A stretch of DNA of 64,000 bases from the human T2T-CHM13v2.0 reference genome, Homo sapiens. Shown here piece after piece: positions 43,379 through 56,740 of the stretch. Within the stretch, counting starts at the first letter, position 1; each line of letters begins with the position of its first letter. The stretch is taken from NCBI RefSeq assembly GCF_009914755.1, contig NC_060925.1. One strand, written 5' to 3'. The notes beneath the pieces were generated by a model. That model worked only from the letters and a program-made list of their open reading frames with translations, was not told where the DNA came from and did not search any database. Both the position numbers and the translations under genes were made by a program.

Positions 43379-43639
43379 TTGGTTGCATTTCTATTTGGAT
43401 TATGCCTTTCTTATATAGTTCTCATTTAACATTTATTTTGAAGTTTCTTATTTGCTTTGTATGTATGTGTTTTATATTGATCATAGTCTTAAGGTTTTCT
43501 GAGACTTACATTTTAATATTTATTCTATTTAATTTTCGTCACCTTTTTTTTTTTTTAAAGCTATCAATCAATGCTTCTTACTACCCGCCATGCCCCTCTT
43601 CGACCAGAAACCTTCCCCAGGGAATTCTTGTTTAATTGG

Positions 43640-44310
43640 CTGGACTAGTTACATTGCTATCTCACAGGGCTCCCTTTTATGTCTTCCTGCGTTGGATACA
43701 CAGTTGATTGGATCCCATGTCTTCCTCTTTCTTGGTTTATTCCAGTAAGTGACGATCTAGGAAAGGGTGAATGTGAGATCCAATTTTGGAGTCTTTTCCT
43801 TTCTTAAAATATATTTATTCTGCTCCTCATACTGATACATAATTTGGCTAGCTATGAGATTCTGTATTTAAAAATTTGATCCTTGAACTCGAAGAGCTTG
43901 TTCTCTAGTACTATATAGTTTTACTGACAAGATGTCTGTATTTCTCTCTGGAGACTTTTATGATCTGCTTTTTATTTTTTATGTTTTAAATTTTTAGAAT
44001 GATTTTCCTAAGTTTGGGTCTTTGTTCATTTATATTACTTTGCATTTTATAGAACCATCCATTTTGTATTTGTTCTTTGGTATGGGCAAAGTGTATTGTT
44101 TTATTGGTCTGATTATTTTTCTGCTTCTTCTATTCTCTCTTCCCAAATCTATTATTTGTTGGATGTTGGATCTTCTGAATTGATCTTTTAAATCTCTTAT
44201 TTTTCCATATTTTCCATTTCTCTTTCTTTTTATTCCAATTTCCAGGAAACAAACTAGATGATATCTTCCTGTCCTTCTATTGAAATGTTGGTAATTTGGT
44301 TTTTCACTCA
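43640..44310 (-). mobile_element. Ancient L1 (L1ME/M5-like) fragment
   Basis: T-rich; tgttggatcttctgaattgatc; minus-strand frame (IRDLKDQFRRSNIQ) resembles L1 ORF1. Confidence 0.6.
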
Positions 44311-45276
44311 GTCTGCTACTCTCTCGCATCATATGTCGATGAAACCAAAGGCCCTGCTACAACCTTGGACTTCGTTCCAAACTTCTCCTGATCTACATTT
44401 TCTATTTGACCCCTGCTCTCTTGGCTTTCTCTTCAATTTGCAGTCCTTTTTATCACCTTTGTTTTTGTCACAGGAAATTCCTGAAAATTTTGTAAGCTAC
44501 TATAAGACGACTCTTTAGCTCCAACAGGGACTTGGAACCATATGTATTTTTATAAGCACTGCTACTATCATACACATTTGTTGTCAGCAGAAATAATCCT
44601 CTGTAAAGTTACTGCTATTGATCTTTGTGTTAAAGTGACTCCTTTTACAGAATGAAGAAACTTTTAGTAAATCAAATCAGGTTTCCTAATTTTTCTATTG
44701 CTATGGGAACAGATTTTCTTAAGTAGTGTTTGGAGAAATAAGTGGGTACCTCTATTATGTGAAGTAAAAAGAGTAAGAGAAAATACTGGAAATTTTCATG
44801 GCCACTTTCTTTCTGACCCTGGGTTAATAATATGTAGCCTACAAAGTACACAGTTTTTCACTCTGTACTAAGCTCTGACAGAGCAGAGATCCTGTCTCTG
44901 AGCATGACGTTGGGTAATTCATTTCCATTCAAGGCTGTGTCAGAATAGTTATAATGAAATTGACTATATTAGCTTCATTGAGAGAAAAAGTCCACATCTT
45001 GTGATGTAGACACATTGTATAGATGAGAAAACAGACTCAGAGAAGTCTTTGCCGGAAGTTGCACGTCTAGTAAATGTCATTGCCTTGCACACTCCTGTCT
45101 CTCTACCTCTCATAATCTTTATGCTCCCTGAAATAATCTCCCTTCCTTTTGCCATTTGAAGGCCCTAGCAGTAGGGCATAGTGATTAAAAGTCTGGGCTC
45201 TAAAGTCAGACAACCATGGATTCGAACTTTTGCCCCATTACTTAGCGACTTTGATCCAGTTAGTGACCCAATCCAT

Positions 45277-45858
45277 CACTGTGACCTTGCAAAGTGATTG
45301 TAACCATCTAGATCCATTCTCCACTCTTTCCACCTTGCTCTCTGTCCCAGTAGTCTGACCTCTGTGCATTTTATCCACATGCTCCCTTGATCTGGGGCTT
45401 CTGGTTGATTTTAGCTAATAGGAAGGCTCAGCAGGAAATTAGAGCATGGGAAGAGAATGAGAATGGAGATGCTTATTCCTCCACTCTTCCCTTCCATTTT
45501 TTGTAGGCTGCCTGCATCCGTCTACAAAGAGGGATCCTGCCAGGTGCCCTCCCGACTTAGCTCTCTTTCTGGCTTCCGGTAATTATTCCTTTCCTTCTTC
45601 CAGGTTTGGGGATGACAATGGCCTCAACAAAATAAGAAGGAATAATGAAGCACCCTTTTATAAGCATTGCTACTATCATATATTTGTTGTCAGCAGGCCA
45701 TAGAATGAGCAGTGCTTATAAAAACGTACTGCACTATTTCTTATGATTTAGTTACACCCTGCCGACATTTTGGTAAATAGTCATTTTAATAAACTTCCCT
45801 CTAATTAACCTACTTTTAGGAAGCCATCTATTTCCTTTTGGAACCCCACAAATATATC
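45277..45858 (+). mobile_element. LTR33-like ERVL LTR inserted in a MIR (MIR parts ~45170-45260 and ~45865-46005)
   Basis: gatccattctccactctttccaccttgctctctgtccc...gtaaatagtcattttaataaac...gccatctatttcc. Confidence 0.75.
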
Positions 45859-46023
45859 ATTATAAGTCTCAATTTTCTTTTCTATAAAGTGGGCATAAGA
45901 ATATTATTTACCTCATAGATTTGTTGTGAAGATTAAATGGGATAATGGACCTAAAGCATTAGGCATAGTACGTAGAAAGCACTCGATAAGTTTCAGCTGT
46001 TACTGTTGATAGTTGCAACATCA

Positions 46024-47098
46024 GTTTTCTCCCATTCTGTAGGTTGCCTGTTCACTCTGATGGTAGTTTCTTTTGCTGTGCAGAAGCTCTTTAGTTTAAT
46101 TAGATCCCATTTGTCAATTTTGGCTTTTGTTGCCATTGCTTTTTGTGTTGTAGTCATGAAGTCCTTGCCCATGACAATCTACTCACCTGATAAAGGTCTA
46201 ATATCCAGAATCTAGAAAGAACTTAAACAAATTTACAAGAAAAAATCAAACAACCCCATCAAAAAGTGGGCAAAAGATATGAACAGACACTTCTCAAAAG
46301 AAGACATTTATGCAGCCAACAGACACATGAAAAAATGCTCATCATCACTGTTAATCAGAGAAATGCAAATCAAAACCACAATGAGATACCATGCCACACC
46401 AGTTAGAATGGCAATCATTAAAAAGTCAGGAAACAACAGGTGCTGGAGAGGATGTGGAGAAATAGAAACACTTTTACACTGTTGGTGGGACTGTAAACTA
46501 GCTCAACCATTGTGGAAGACAGTGTGGCGATTCCTCAAGGAACTAGAAATACCATTTGACCCAGCCATCACATTATAGGGTATATACCCAAAGGATTATA
46601 AATCATGCTGCTGTAAAGACACATGCACACGTATGTTTACTGTGACACTGTTCACAATAGCAAAGGCTTGGAACCAACCCAAATGTCCATCAGTGATAGA
46701 CTGGATAAAGAAAATGTGGCACATATACACCATGGAATACTATGCAGCCATAAAAAAGGATGAGTTCATGTCTTTTGTAGGGACATGGATGAAGCTGGAA
46801 ACCATCATTCTGAGCAAACTATCGCAAGGACAGAAAACTAAGCACCACATGTTCTCACTCATAGGTGGGAACTGAAGAATGAGAACACTTGGACACAGGA
46901 TGGGGAACATCACACACGGGGGCCAGTTGTGGGGTGGCGGGGAGGGGGGAGGGATAGCATTAGTAGATATACCTAATGTAAGTAACGAGTTAATGGGTGT
47001 AGCACACCAACATGGCACATGTATACATATGTAACAAACCTGCACATTGTGCACACATACCCTAGAACTTAAAGTATAACAAAAAAATTAATAAATAA
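46024..47098 (+). mobile_element. 5'-inverted, truncated L1PA (PA4-6-like); inverted part 46024-46173
   Basis: 15-bp TSD atagttgcaacatca at 46009-46023 and 47099-47113; ORF2 C-terminal fragments 46279-46875. Confidence 0.96.
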
Positions 47099-47390
47099 AT
47101 AGTTGCAACATCATTCATCTTAAGGTCAGAATTAATCTACTATTGATTCTGATTACTTCAGAATTCTGTTTTTCCAACATTTATGCACTTTGATTTTTTC
47201 CTGAATTGGCCTGTGGTAAGAAATGTTTATTTCTCATTTTTTTGTCTTTTTCATGTCTTGACCTTTTAACTAATCAATACTTTTCTTGAAAGATCACTAG
47301 TAGGTAATAATAGAGGAGCATTTATTAATAGGCAGGCTGAGAGAGATTATGGATTACATAGATATTGAGTTCCTATTGCTAATGTAACAG

Positions 47391-47391
<1 letters not shown>

Positions 47392-47433
<42 letters not shown>
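47392..47433. repeat. (CA)n microsatellite, ~21 units
   Basis: Direct reading. Confidence 0.95.
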
Positions 47434-47436
<3 letters not shown>

Positions 47437-49119
47437 ATATCGTAATCCATCCATGGAGATAAGAACGGAAAATATATTTACAATAGAATAAATCCAAACT
47501 TGCTTAGAAGTGTGAAGTTCTGGCAGGAGTTAGTAAGATTAGCTAGTTGACTTTAGCTTTCCTAATCTAATCCTATGATTGATTTTGATAGAAAAAGAAA
47601 GTAACAGACAGGATACCCAGGAGCAGGCTCAAAGTCACCAGTACCTAACACCGTGAAGTTTTAGTCTGTGTTGACGTAACTTCAGAGCACAGTTTTGTAC
47701 ACGGAAGAGTTTAAAACATCTCGGGAACAGATGTAAAGGAACTCTTCATTTTTAGCAAGAAATGTGGTTACTGTTGGCCACCACAGTCAGAACCAGAGGA
47801 CACCATGCTGGCTAATGGAAACCAGATGCTCTGGTAAAGAAAGCCATGGATAAATATGAATTATTTTCAGCTGAATGACCTTCAATTATCTCCTTTAACG
47901 TTTAGACCTGGTTCTCTGCCATAATCTTTCTTTGAGTACTTAGAGAAGAGACCAACATAGGGGCACCATTATAGAGTGATTTATGGAGGACATGGACAAG
48001 GGTCATCTATGGAATGTGAGAGAAAACAGGAGGGGGAGGAGAAAAGAGGGAGAGGGTGCATGCAAGAGAGATTGAGAATAAACTCAAGATAAAAAATAAA
48101 AACATGGGAAATATAGTTATGTGGGTAGAGTCCTGGCTAGGGGCCAGGAATCCTGGGTGCCAGTCCTTCTTTTGGTATTAACTCATTGCAACAGGCTGAA
48201 CCAATTCAAAATACATTTAGTGTGAATCCAGTCTCTTAGCTTCATTATGCCAAGATTCTCCCGCCATCAAACAATGGGGCTAGTTTTTGTAGATTTTCTA
48301 ATTTCCAGGAATCCTATATGATTTTATAGTAAGATGATCTGTGTTTCTTCACCCCAGCTCTTTAATCCCAGTGTTGATAACTTTATCTCTATGTCATCCT
48401 AAGCCCATAGTGAAATGTCTTGAAGATGCTGAGACTGAATAGTCATTTTTGTCTCCCCATCCCTTTTCCTGGAAATTCTTCTTGACCACCTTTCCATTTA
48501 TTAAACCACTGTTTTTCAGCTTAATGACTTTATTTTGATAACTACTGCATGCCCTTAGGAAAAGTCAGCGGTGGTGGTGCCAGCAGGAACTATTTATAGT
48601 AAGCAAACTGTTTATGAAAAATGTAATCTTTAAGAGAAGACTTGCTTGTAGACTTACTTCATCTCTTTCATTTCATTTTGCTAAATTTTTCTCAACAGTT
48701 TCAACACCCACAAGAACATCTCTCTCTAGCTGTCTTATCGAACTCAGACTACTCATTGAGAAAGTGAAATTCATCTCATTTCTTTTTTCCTGTCTCCTTG
48801 ATTCTCCTTTACTTAAAAGCAATTTCTCTTTTTCTGATCCATTCATCTTAAAGGATCCACAAGTCTTCTAGAAATCCAGATTTGGTAGAATCTCTTCTTC
48901 TTCCTTATTAAGTTTACTGATTCTACTACAATATCTGTTTAAAAATCTGGGAAGATTTATTTTAGAGTTTGACTGAGGCCTCAGGCTAAGAGGAGCTCTG
49001 AAAAAATGAATAGTTGAGACAGATCCCAGCCATTTTCTCCTTCTCAACAAACATTTTTTCCATTAGTTCTCTCCTCTCTCTTCTAAATTATAATTTTCCC
49101 TCTGGTTTCTTTTTCCTAA

Positions 49120-49123
49120 ACAC

Positions 49124-49156
<33 letters not shown>
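49120..49156. repeat. (CA)n microsatellite
   Basis: Direct reading. Confidence 0.95.
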
Positions 49157-49187
49157 TGCTTTTATTTCTTCTATCTGAAAAAAAAGA

Positions 49188-49582
49188 CTATGTGAGTTTA
49201 CTTGGACTGCCAAAGCAAAATGTCACAGACTGGATGGCTTAAACAACAAAAATTTATTACTTACAGTTCTGGAGGCTAGAAGTCCTAGATCAAAGAGTTG
49301 ACAGGTTCAGTTTCCCCTGAGGTCTGTCTCCTTGGCTTGTAGATGGCTGTCTTCTTACTGTGTTTTAGTCTTTCCTCTCTATGTGTACATCTCTGTATGC
49401 CCTAATCTCCTCTTCTAATAAGGACACCAGTCAGATTGGATTAGGCCCACCCTAAGAACCTCATTTTAACTTAATTTCCCCTTTAAAGGCCATATCTCTA
49501 AATACAGTCATATTCCTAGTTACTAGGTTGCCATATGTACCTCCTGTGAATTTTGAGGGAAGACAATTCAGTCCATAATACA
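49188..49582 (-). mobile_element. MLT1B-like LTR
   Basis: ggcttaaacaacaaaaatttatt..cagttctggaggctagaagtcc..aaggacaccagtcagattggattaggcccaccct. Confidence 0.88.
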
Positions 49583-49599
49583 AAGCAACAACAACAAAA

Positions 49600-50945
49600 A
49601 AATCTAAAATTCACTTTTTACTCGACTTTTCTCTCCTACTGCCATGTAATTTCCTGCTCCTCTTTACAAAAACAACTTCTCAAAAGAGTTGTATATGCTT
49701 GCTGTCTCTAGTATTTTCCCTCTCATTCTGTCATAATTTCACTCCATTCAGCTTTTTATTTTCACAACTCCATGAAAACTACTCCAGTGGCCAAAGTCAC
49801 TGATGACCTTGCTGATAAATCCAATGGTCATTCTCAGTGCTCATTTTATTTGATATAGCAACAACATTTGACACAGTTGATTATCCTTCTTCCTCAATAC
49901 CTCCTGCTCCCTTGGCTTCCAGAACAACATACTCAGTTGATCCTCCTTTTGCCTTCCTGGTTACACTCAGTCTCTTTTGCTGGTTCCTCCTTTTTTTCCA
50001 GAACTATTAATATTGTAACAATCTGGATTCTCTTTTCTATCCACATTCGTTCCCTTGGTGAACTTATCCAGTCTCATAATTTTAACTATTATGGATATAC
50101 TAGACTCCAAAATTTGTCTCACTAGCTTTCTCTCTTAAATTTTAAATGTCTGTGTATTATTTCCATATGCTCATAATATGTATAAAATTGAATTCCTAAT
50201 CACCCTCCCCAAACCTGCCCCATTTGTAATCTTCTCCACCTGAATTTTTGGCAGCTCTATCTTTCTGGTTGCTTAGACTAACAATATTGAGTCATCCTTG
50301 ACTCCTCTCTTCTTTCATTCCATATCTTATTCACCATGAAATCCTGTTGACTCTAGGGTCAGAACTGATTTGGAATCAGATCACTTCTCACTATCTCTGT
50401 TACTACTAATTTGAGCCAAGACAGTATCTTCCCTCACTTGGATTACTACACTTGACTCCAAAATCTCTGTGATTTCATATTTAGCAACCAGAGTGATGCT
50501 CTTAAAATACAAGTCAGATCATGTTACTTTTTGACCTGGAATCCTCCAGTCGCTTCACATACTACTCAATGAAAAAGTCTGTCTTTACAATGGCCAAAAG
50601 ACCCTTCATGATCCCACTCTTTGATCTCATCTTCTAATATTATCCCCCTCATTTACTTCATTAGCCATATTGGTCTCATTTTTTTTCTACAATAGAGCAA
50701 GAGCATTCTACCTTAAGGCCTTTGGACTAGCGTTTTCATCTGACGCATTTGTTTCTCAAATACCCACATGGATAGCTAGTCCTCTCTCTCAAGCCTTTGC
50801 TCAAATTACACCTTTTCAACCAGGCCTACTCTGATCTCCTTTTTAAAATTGTAAATTGCCTCAAACCGAACTCCATTTATGTGGTCCCTCTGACCTATTT
50901 TATCTATTAAGTAGAACTTATTACCTTCTAATATAAGATACAATG
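49600..50945 (+). mobile_element. Long L2a fragment
   Basis: aaatccaatggtcattctcagtgctcatttta; gagtcatccttgactcctctct; aagtcagatcatgttact. Confidence 0.85.
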
Positions 50946-50957
50946 TGCTTAAGTGTA

Positions 50958-53900
50958 TAATACAGGCATACAATCTGTAATGATTACATCAGGGTAAATG
51001 GGATGTCTATCACCTTAAGCACTTATCATCTTTTCATGTTACAGTCCAATTATACTCAATTATACTCTTTTAGTTATTTAAAAATGTACAATAATTATTG
51101 TTGACTGTAGTCACCTTTTTGTGCTATCAAATACTAGATCTTATTCATTCTATCTAACTATATTTTTATAGCCACTAACCTTCTCTATTCCACTGACCCC
51201 CTGTATTAGTCTCTTCTCATGCTGTCAAGGCTTGGGGCTTGTACCCTCTGAGAACATGGACTGAGCTGTACCTTGGCCGTTTTAGACATGGCTGGAGTGC
51301 CGAGGATGAAGGGCACCATGTCCCCAGGCTGCATATAGCAGGGGGGCCCTGGAGCCAGCCCAGGAAATCATTTTTCCTCCTAGGTCTCCAGGCCTGTGAT
51401 GGGAGGGGCTGCTGCAAAGTTCTCTGAAATGCCCTGAAGGCATTTTTTCCCATTGTCTTGGCATTAGCATTTGGCTTTTCATTACTTATGTAAATTTCTG
51501 CTGCTGGCTTCAATTTCTTTCCAGAAAAATGGGTTTTTCTTTTCAACTGCATTGTCAGGCTGCAAATTTTTCAAACTTTTATGCTCTGCTTTCTCTTGAA
51601 TGCTTTGCCACTTAGAAATTTCTTCCATCAGATACCCTGAATCATCTCTCTCAAGTTCAATGTTCCACAGATCTCTAGGGCAGGGGCAAAATCTTGACAA
51701 ACTCTTTGCATAACAATTGTGACCTTTACTCCAGTTCCCAAGAAGTCCCTCATCTCCATCTGAGACCACCTCAGCCTGGACTTCCTTGTCAGCATTTTGT
51801 TCAAAGCCATTCAAAAAGTCCCTAGGAACATCCAAACTTTTCCACATCTTCCTGTCTTCTGAGCCCTCCAAGTCTCTAGGAAGTTTTCAACTTCCCCACA
51901 TTTTGCTGTCTTCTTCAAAGCCCTACAAATTGTTTCAACCTCTGCTCATTAGCCAGTTCCAAAGTCGCTTCCACATATTTGGGTATCTTTAGAGCAGCAC
52001 CCCATTACCTGGTATCAATTTAATGTATTAGTCCATTGTCACACTGCTATGAAGAAATACCTGACACTGGATAATTTAAGAGGAAGGTGGTTTAATTGAC
52101 CCACAGTTCCACAGGGCTGGGGAGGCCTCAGGAAACTTACAATCGTGGCAGAAGGGGAAGTAAACACCTCCTTCGTCACATTGTGGCAGCAAGGAGAAGT
52201 GCCAAGCAAAAGAGGAAAAGCCCCTTGTAAAACCATGAGATCTCATGATAACTCACTCACTAACACAAGAAAAGCATGGAGGTAACTGGCCCCATGATTC
52301 AATTACCTCTCAGTGGGTCCCTCCCACCACATATGGGGATTATGGGAACCACAATTCAAGATGAGATTTTGGTGAGGACACAGCCAAACCCTATCACCCC
52401 CTAACTACCCTTCCCAGTGTCTGTAACCATCCTTCTACTCTCTATCTCCATAAGTTCAATTGTTTTAATTTTTAGATCCCACAAATCAGTGAGAACATGC
52501 ACATTTTGTCTTTCTGTACCTGGCTTTTACAAAATATCCTCCAGTTCCATCCATATTGTTGTAAATGACAGGATCTCATTTTTTTGGATGGCTGAAATGT
52601 ATTCCTTTGTGTGTGTATATATATATATAAAATATATAATATATATAATAATATATATACCACATTTTCTTTATCCATTCATCTGTTGGTGGCCATTTAA
52701 GTTGCTTCCAAATCTTGGCTATTGTGAATAGTGCTGCAATAAATATGTGACTGCAGATATCTCTTTGACTCATTGATTTCATTTCCTTTGGATAAATAGT
52801 AGTGAAATTGCTGGGTCACATGGTAGTTCTATTTTTAGTTTTTTAAGGAACCTCCGTACTGTTTTCCATATTGGCTCTATTAAGTTACATTCCCACCATT
52901 GGTGTATGAGGGTTCCCCTTTCTTCAGATACTCACCAGTATTTGTTATTGCTTGTCTTTTGGATAAAAGCCATTTTAACTTGAATGAAATAATATCTCAT
53001 TATAGTTTTGATTTGCATTTCTCTGATGATCAGTGATGTTGAGCACCTTTTTATATGCCTGTTTGCCATTTGTATGTTTTCTTTTGAAAAAGTCTATTCA
53101 GATCTTTTGCTCATTTTTTTATCGCATTATTACATTTTTTCCTATTGAGTTGTTTGAGGTCCTTATATATTCTGGTTATTAATTCCTTGTCAGATGAGTA
53201 GTTTATAAATATTTTCTCCCATTCTGTAGGTTGTTTCTTCACTTTGTTGATTGTACCCTTGCTATGCAGAAACTTTTTAACTTGATGTGATCCTATTTGC
53301 CCATTTTTGCTTTTATTGCCATGCTTTGGAGATATTACTCAAGAAAATTTTTCCCCAGACCAATGTGCTGAACAGCTTCCCCAGTGTTTCCTTGTAGTAG
53401 TACTCCTCTATTTAAGCAGAGAGAAGGAGCTCCCCCTGGAGCTGCAACCTGTGCTGCCTGGGGTTGGGAAGGGGTGATGCAAGAAAACTCTTAGCCATCT
53501 TGGCTGGTGTCTCAGTAGGACTGCATGCATCCTAAGTCCACTGGTTCTAAGCCCAGCACAGCACAAGGACTTACCCAGGAATTGCAGTACTTGTGGCCCA
53601 GGCAGCCTTTTAAGTCTATTTAAAACCCCAGCACACTTTAGCCCTCAGTGGTGGGGCTTGCCAGAAATCAGGTTCCCACTGCTGGGATGGGTGATTCCCC
53701 TCTGGCTAAGGTTGGTCTAAATGCTCTCTTCATGAGTGCTGGCTGAATTCTGCCCAATGTTGCTTTCTGTGACAGGACAGCACTGAGTTCCAATGCAAAG
53801 TACAACAATCACTGCACTCTCCCTCCTGCAAGCACACAGATTCTCAATCTGTCCCACAGGTCTGCTGCAGGAGAATGGGAGAGGGGTGGTGTCAGCAGTT

Positions 53901-54092
53901 CAAGACTCTTGCCTACTCTCTTCAGTGTCTCCTTGCTTGCTATGATGTTAAAATCAGGTACAACGATCACTCGCCTGATTTTTCGTTCTTATGAAGGAGC
54001 TTTCTTGTGTGGACAGTTATTCAATTTTGTGTTCCCACGGGAAGGATGATTGCTGAAGGCTTCTATTTGACCATCTTGTTTCACCTCCCTCC
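50958..54092 (-). mobile_element. L1MA2/3-like element: 3'UTR and ORF2 end (50958-53400, split by THE1) fused to L1M1-type 5'UTR (53401-54092)
   Basis: L1MA 3'UTR motifs; 5' terminus ccatcttgtttcacctcc (reverse complement ggaggtgaaacaagatgg). Confidence 0.85.
51202..52396 (-). mobile_element. THE1C/D provirus remnant: one full LTR (52024-52396), partial internal region, ~23-bp stub of the other LTR
   Basis: TSD ccccc at 51197-51201 and 52397-52401; THE1-int-like ORF 51482-51871. Confidence 0.92.
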
Positions 54093-54298
54093 TTCCTAAT
54101 TCTGTCATGAGACCCTACGTATGACTTAAGCATGCAAGCATCTTGCTCCTATGCTGTTTGTTCATACCTGACACTAAATTCCTTCAGGTGTCATTCCTCA
54201 CCTCAGTCCCAATTCAAACCAGCCTCCCTTCTAATCTTTCATGGCTCATTCCTACATTGACTAAACAAGACAGCAGTATTTGTCACATTTAATGTTAT

Positions 54299-54655
54299 TG
54301 CTGTGGTCTGGATATTCATGTCCCCTCAAAATTTCTATGTTGAAATCTTAACCCCCAAGGTGATGGTAGTAGGAGGTTGGCCTAACTGGGGGATGATTAG
54401 GCTCTGCCCTCATGAACGAGATTAGTGCCCTCATAAAAGAGGTTCTAGAGAGCTGCCTTGTACCTTCCATCATGTGAAGACACAGTGAGAAGGCACTATC
54501 TATGAACCAGAAGGCAGGCCTCACTAGACACCAAATCTGACAGCACCTTGATCTTGAACATGTCAGCCTTCAGATCTGTGAGAAATACATTTACCTTGTT
54601 TGTATGTCACTCAGTTTATGGTATTTTGTTACAGCAGCCTGAGTAGATCATGGCA
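54299..54655 (+). mobile_element. MLT1A0-like LTR
   Basis: tgctgtggtctg..tgttgaaatcttaacccccaaggtgatggta..tttatggtattttgttacagcagcc. Confidence 0.88.
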
Positions 54656-55858
54656 AATATCAGAACATTATAGCAGTCACCTCCTTTTTGAAGATGTTTA
54701 TTAAGTTTTGAACTGGTATTTATAATGACATCTAAATTTATCTCCCACTTCCAATCTTTTTTTCACCTTACTTTTATTGTGTCTAGATTAAGCTTCAAAA
54801 ATACAGCTATGATCCTATCATACCTTGAGTAGCTCCCAAAAATGGCTGAATAAAGCCCAAATACTTTGGCTTAGTATTCCAGGCTGCTGTCTATAATCTA
54901 GCCACAGTCTACTCTTCAGCGTCATTTCTCACAATGTCCTCATGCATACCTTGAACTTTAGATGAAATGGAGTACTTGATGCTTATTAAACATAGCTAGT
55001 AAGTTTCCTACCTCTATGCTTTTCTTACAGTGTTAATTCCAAATGTAGTGTTCTTCATCCTTTATCTATCTCTTGAATTTCTTCTATCTCAGACTGAGCT
55101 TATATAACATCCCTTCTATGAAATTACCCTGAAGCATCCTTTAATGAAGACACATTTTCTTTCTTTAAATTACAACAGCACTCTATCTGAACTTCTCTTC
55201 CAGCTATAATTACTTCTCCCTTCTGATGTATTTGTATACATACTTGTCTTTTTTTCCCTTCCCGCACCCACCACCCCACCACCCCAACCCGCAGACTGTA
55301 AGCTTTCTTTCACAAGGCTGAATTTTATTCATCTTGATGTGCTTCGCAGCTCTTAGCTTCATGCCTGGGACCTCAGAGACACTCAGTGATACTCAGTTAA
55401 AGTCTGTTTAATAGATGTTGAATCAGTTTCTAATTTTCTCTGTTGGGCTGTATAATTCTGTACTAAGTCCTTTCCTCTTACAATATTCTACTCTTCTGTC
55501 ACCTACTTCCTCTTCTTCTCTGGTCCTTTTTAGTTCTGACTTTACAATAGATCTTGTGCTTTAAGTTACTAATAAAAAAGGAGTATAAGTGAATTAGGAA
55601 ATGTCTCAAATCACTATTTCTTCATGTGTGCACTTACCAAATTGGTCCATGTATTTTTAATGCAGAAATACAGGTTCTATTTATAGCACTTATCTTTTCA
55701 TTGTGTGTCATACAGTTTTAAAGTGTTTTTATATTTATTTTCTCACATAATTGTCAAGGTCTAACTGGAAATTCTTGAGGCATATTAGAGACCAAAAGTA
55801 CTAAGAACCAAACACCTTGGTTGATCCAGAATGGTTCTATTTTAAAACATCCTCTCCT

Positions 55859-56156
55859 GGACTGGGCGCAGTGGCTCACACCTGTAATCCCAGCACTTTG
55901 GGAGGCCAAGGCGGGCGGATCACCTGAGGTCAAGAGTTCGAGACCAGCCTGACAAACATGGAGAAACCTCATCTCTACTAAAAATAAAAAATTAGCTGGG
56001 CTTGATGGCACATGCCTGTAATCCCAGCTACTTGGGAGGCTGAGGCAGGAGAATGAGGCAGGAGAATTGCTTGAACCCGGGAGGCGGAGTTTGCAGCTAG
56101 CCAAGATCATGCCTGGGCAACAACAGAGAAACTCCGTCTCAAAAAGAAAAAAAAAA
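55859..56156 (+). mobile_element. AluSp-like element with a 13-bp tandem duplication and a 14-bp deletion
   Basis: ctgac-aacatggagaaacc diagnostic; TSD atcctctMctgg. Confidence 0.93.
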
Positions 56157-56389
56157 AATCCTCTACTGGTGCAAGACTATGTGTCTCAGTTTTGGCTTCA
56201 GATATTGTGTTTGGTATGATAAACAATCCCTATGCTTTGTTTCTTTCTTGTTCATTAGTACTTGGGGTCCTGAGTGAAGCAAGGAAAGGTGTTGATATTT
56301 CAAAATAAAACAGTAACTGGCTTTGCTGGTATATATTCATTTTGGTAGTCTTGTCTTTCCATCTGAAGAAAAATAACTGAGAATTGACT

Positions 56390-56740
56390 AACCAACCAGC
56401 ACTTACTGAGCATCTACTCTGTACCTAGCCATGTGCTAACTTAGAAAGACCTTAAGGGATAAAACTAAATCTTATTTGTCCTTGTAATCACTCTCTCCCC
56501 TCCAATGGGCCAAGTTTAATCTACTCGTTAAAACATGTATTGACCCTGTGCTATGAACCAGGCACAGTGTTTAGACACTGGTATGGGAAGATAAATATGT
56601 CTGGTATCTGCTTTCAAGGAACCTATAATAAAGGAGGAGAAACAGTCAATGAAGCAAAATGATTACAATATAGCATGGCAGGTTCTGCATCAAATATTTC
56701 TTAAGGATGTGATAGAAGCACTTAGAATGGCCAGCTCAAG
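56390..56740 (-). mobile_element. L2 3' fragments
   Basis: cacttactgagcatctactctgtacc; ccaggcacagtgtttagacactgg. Confidence 0.65.

Noticed and set aside
51482-51871. 129-aa ORF
   Set aside because: Degenerate THE1 internal ORF remnant
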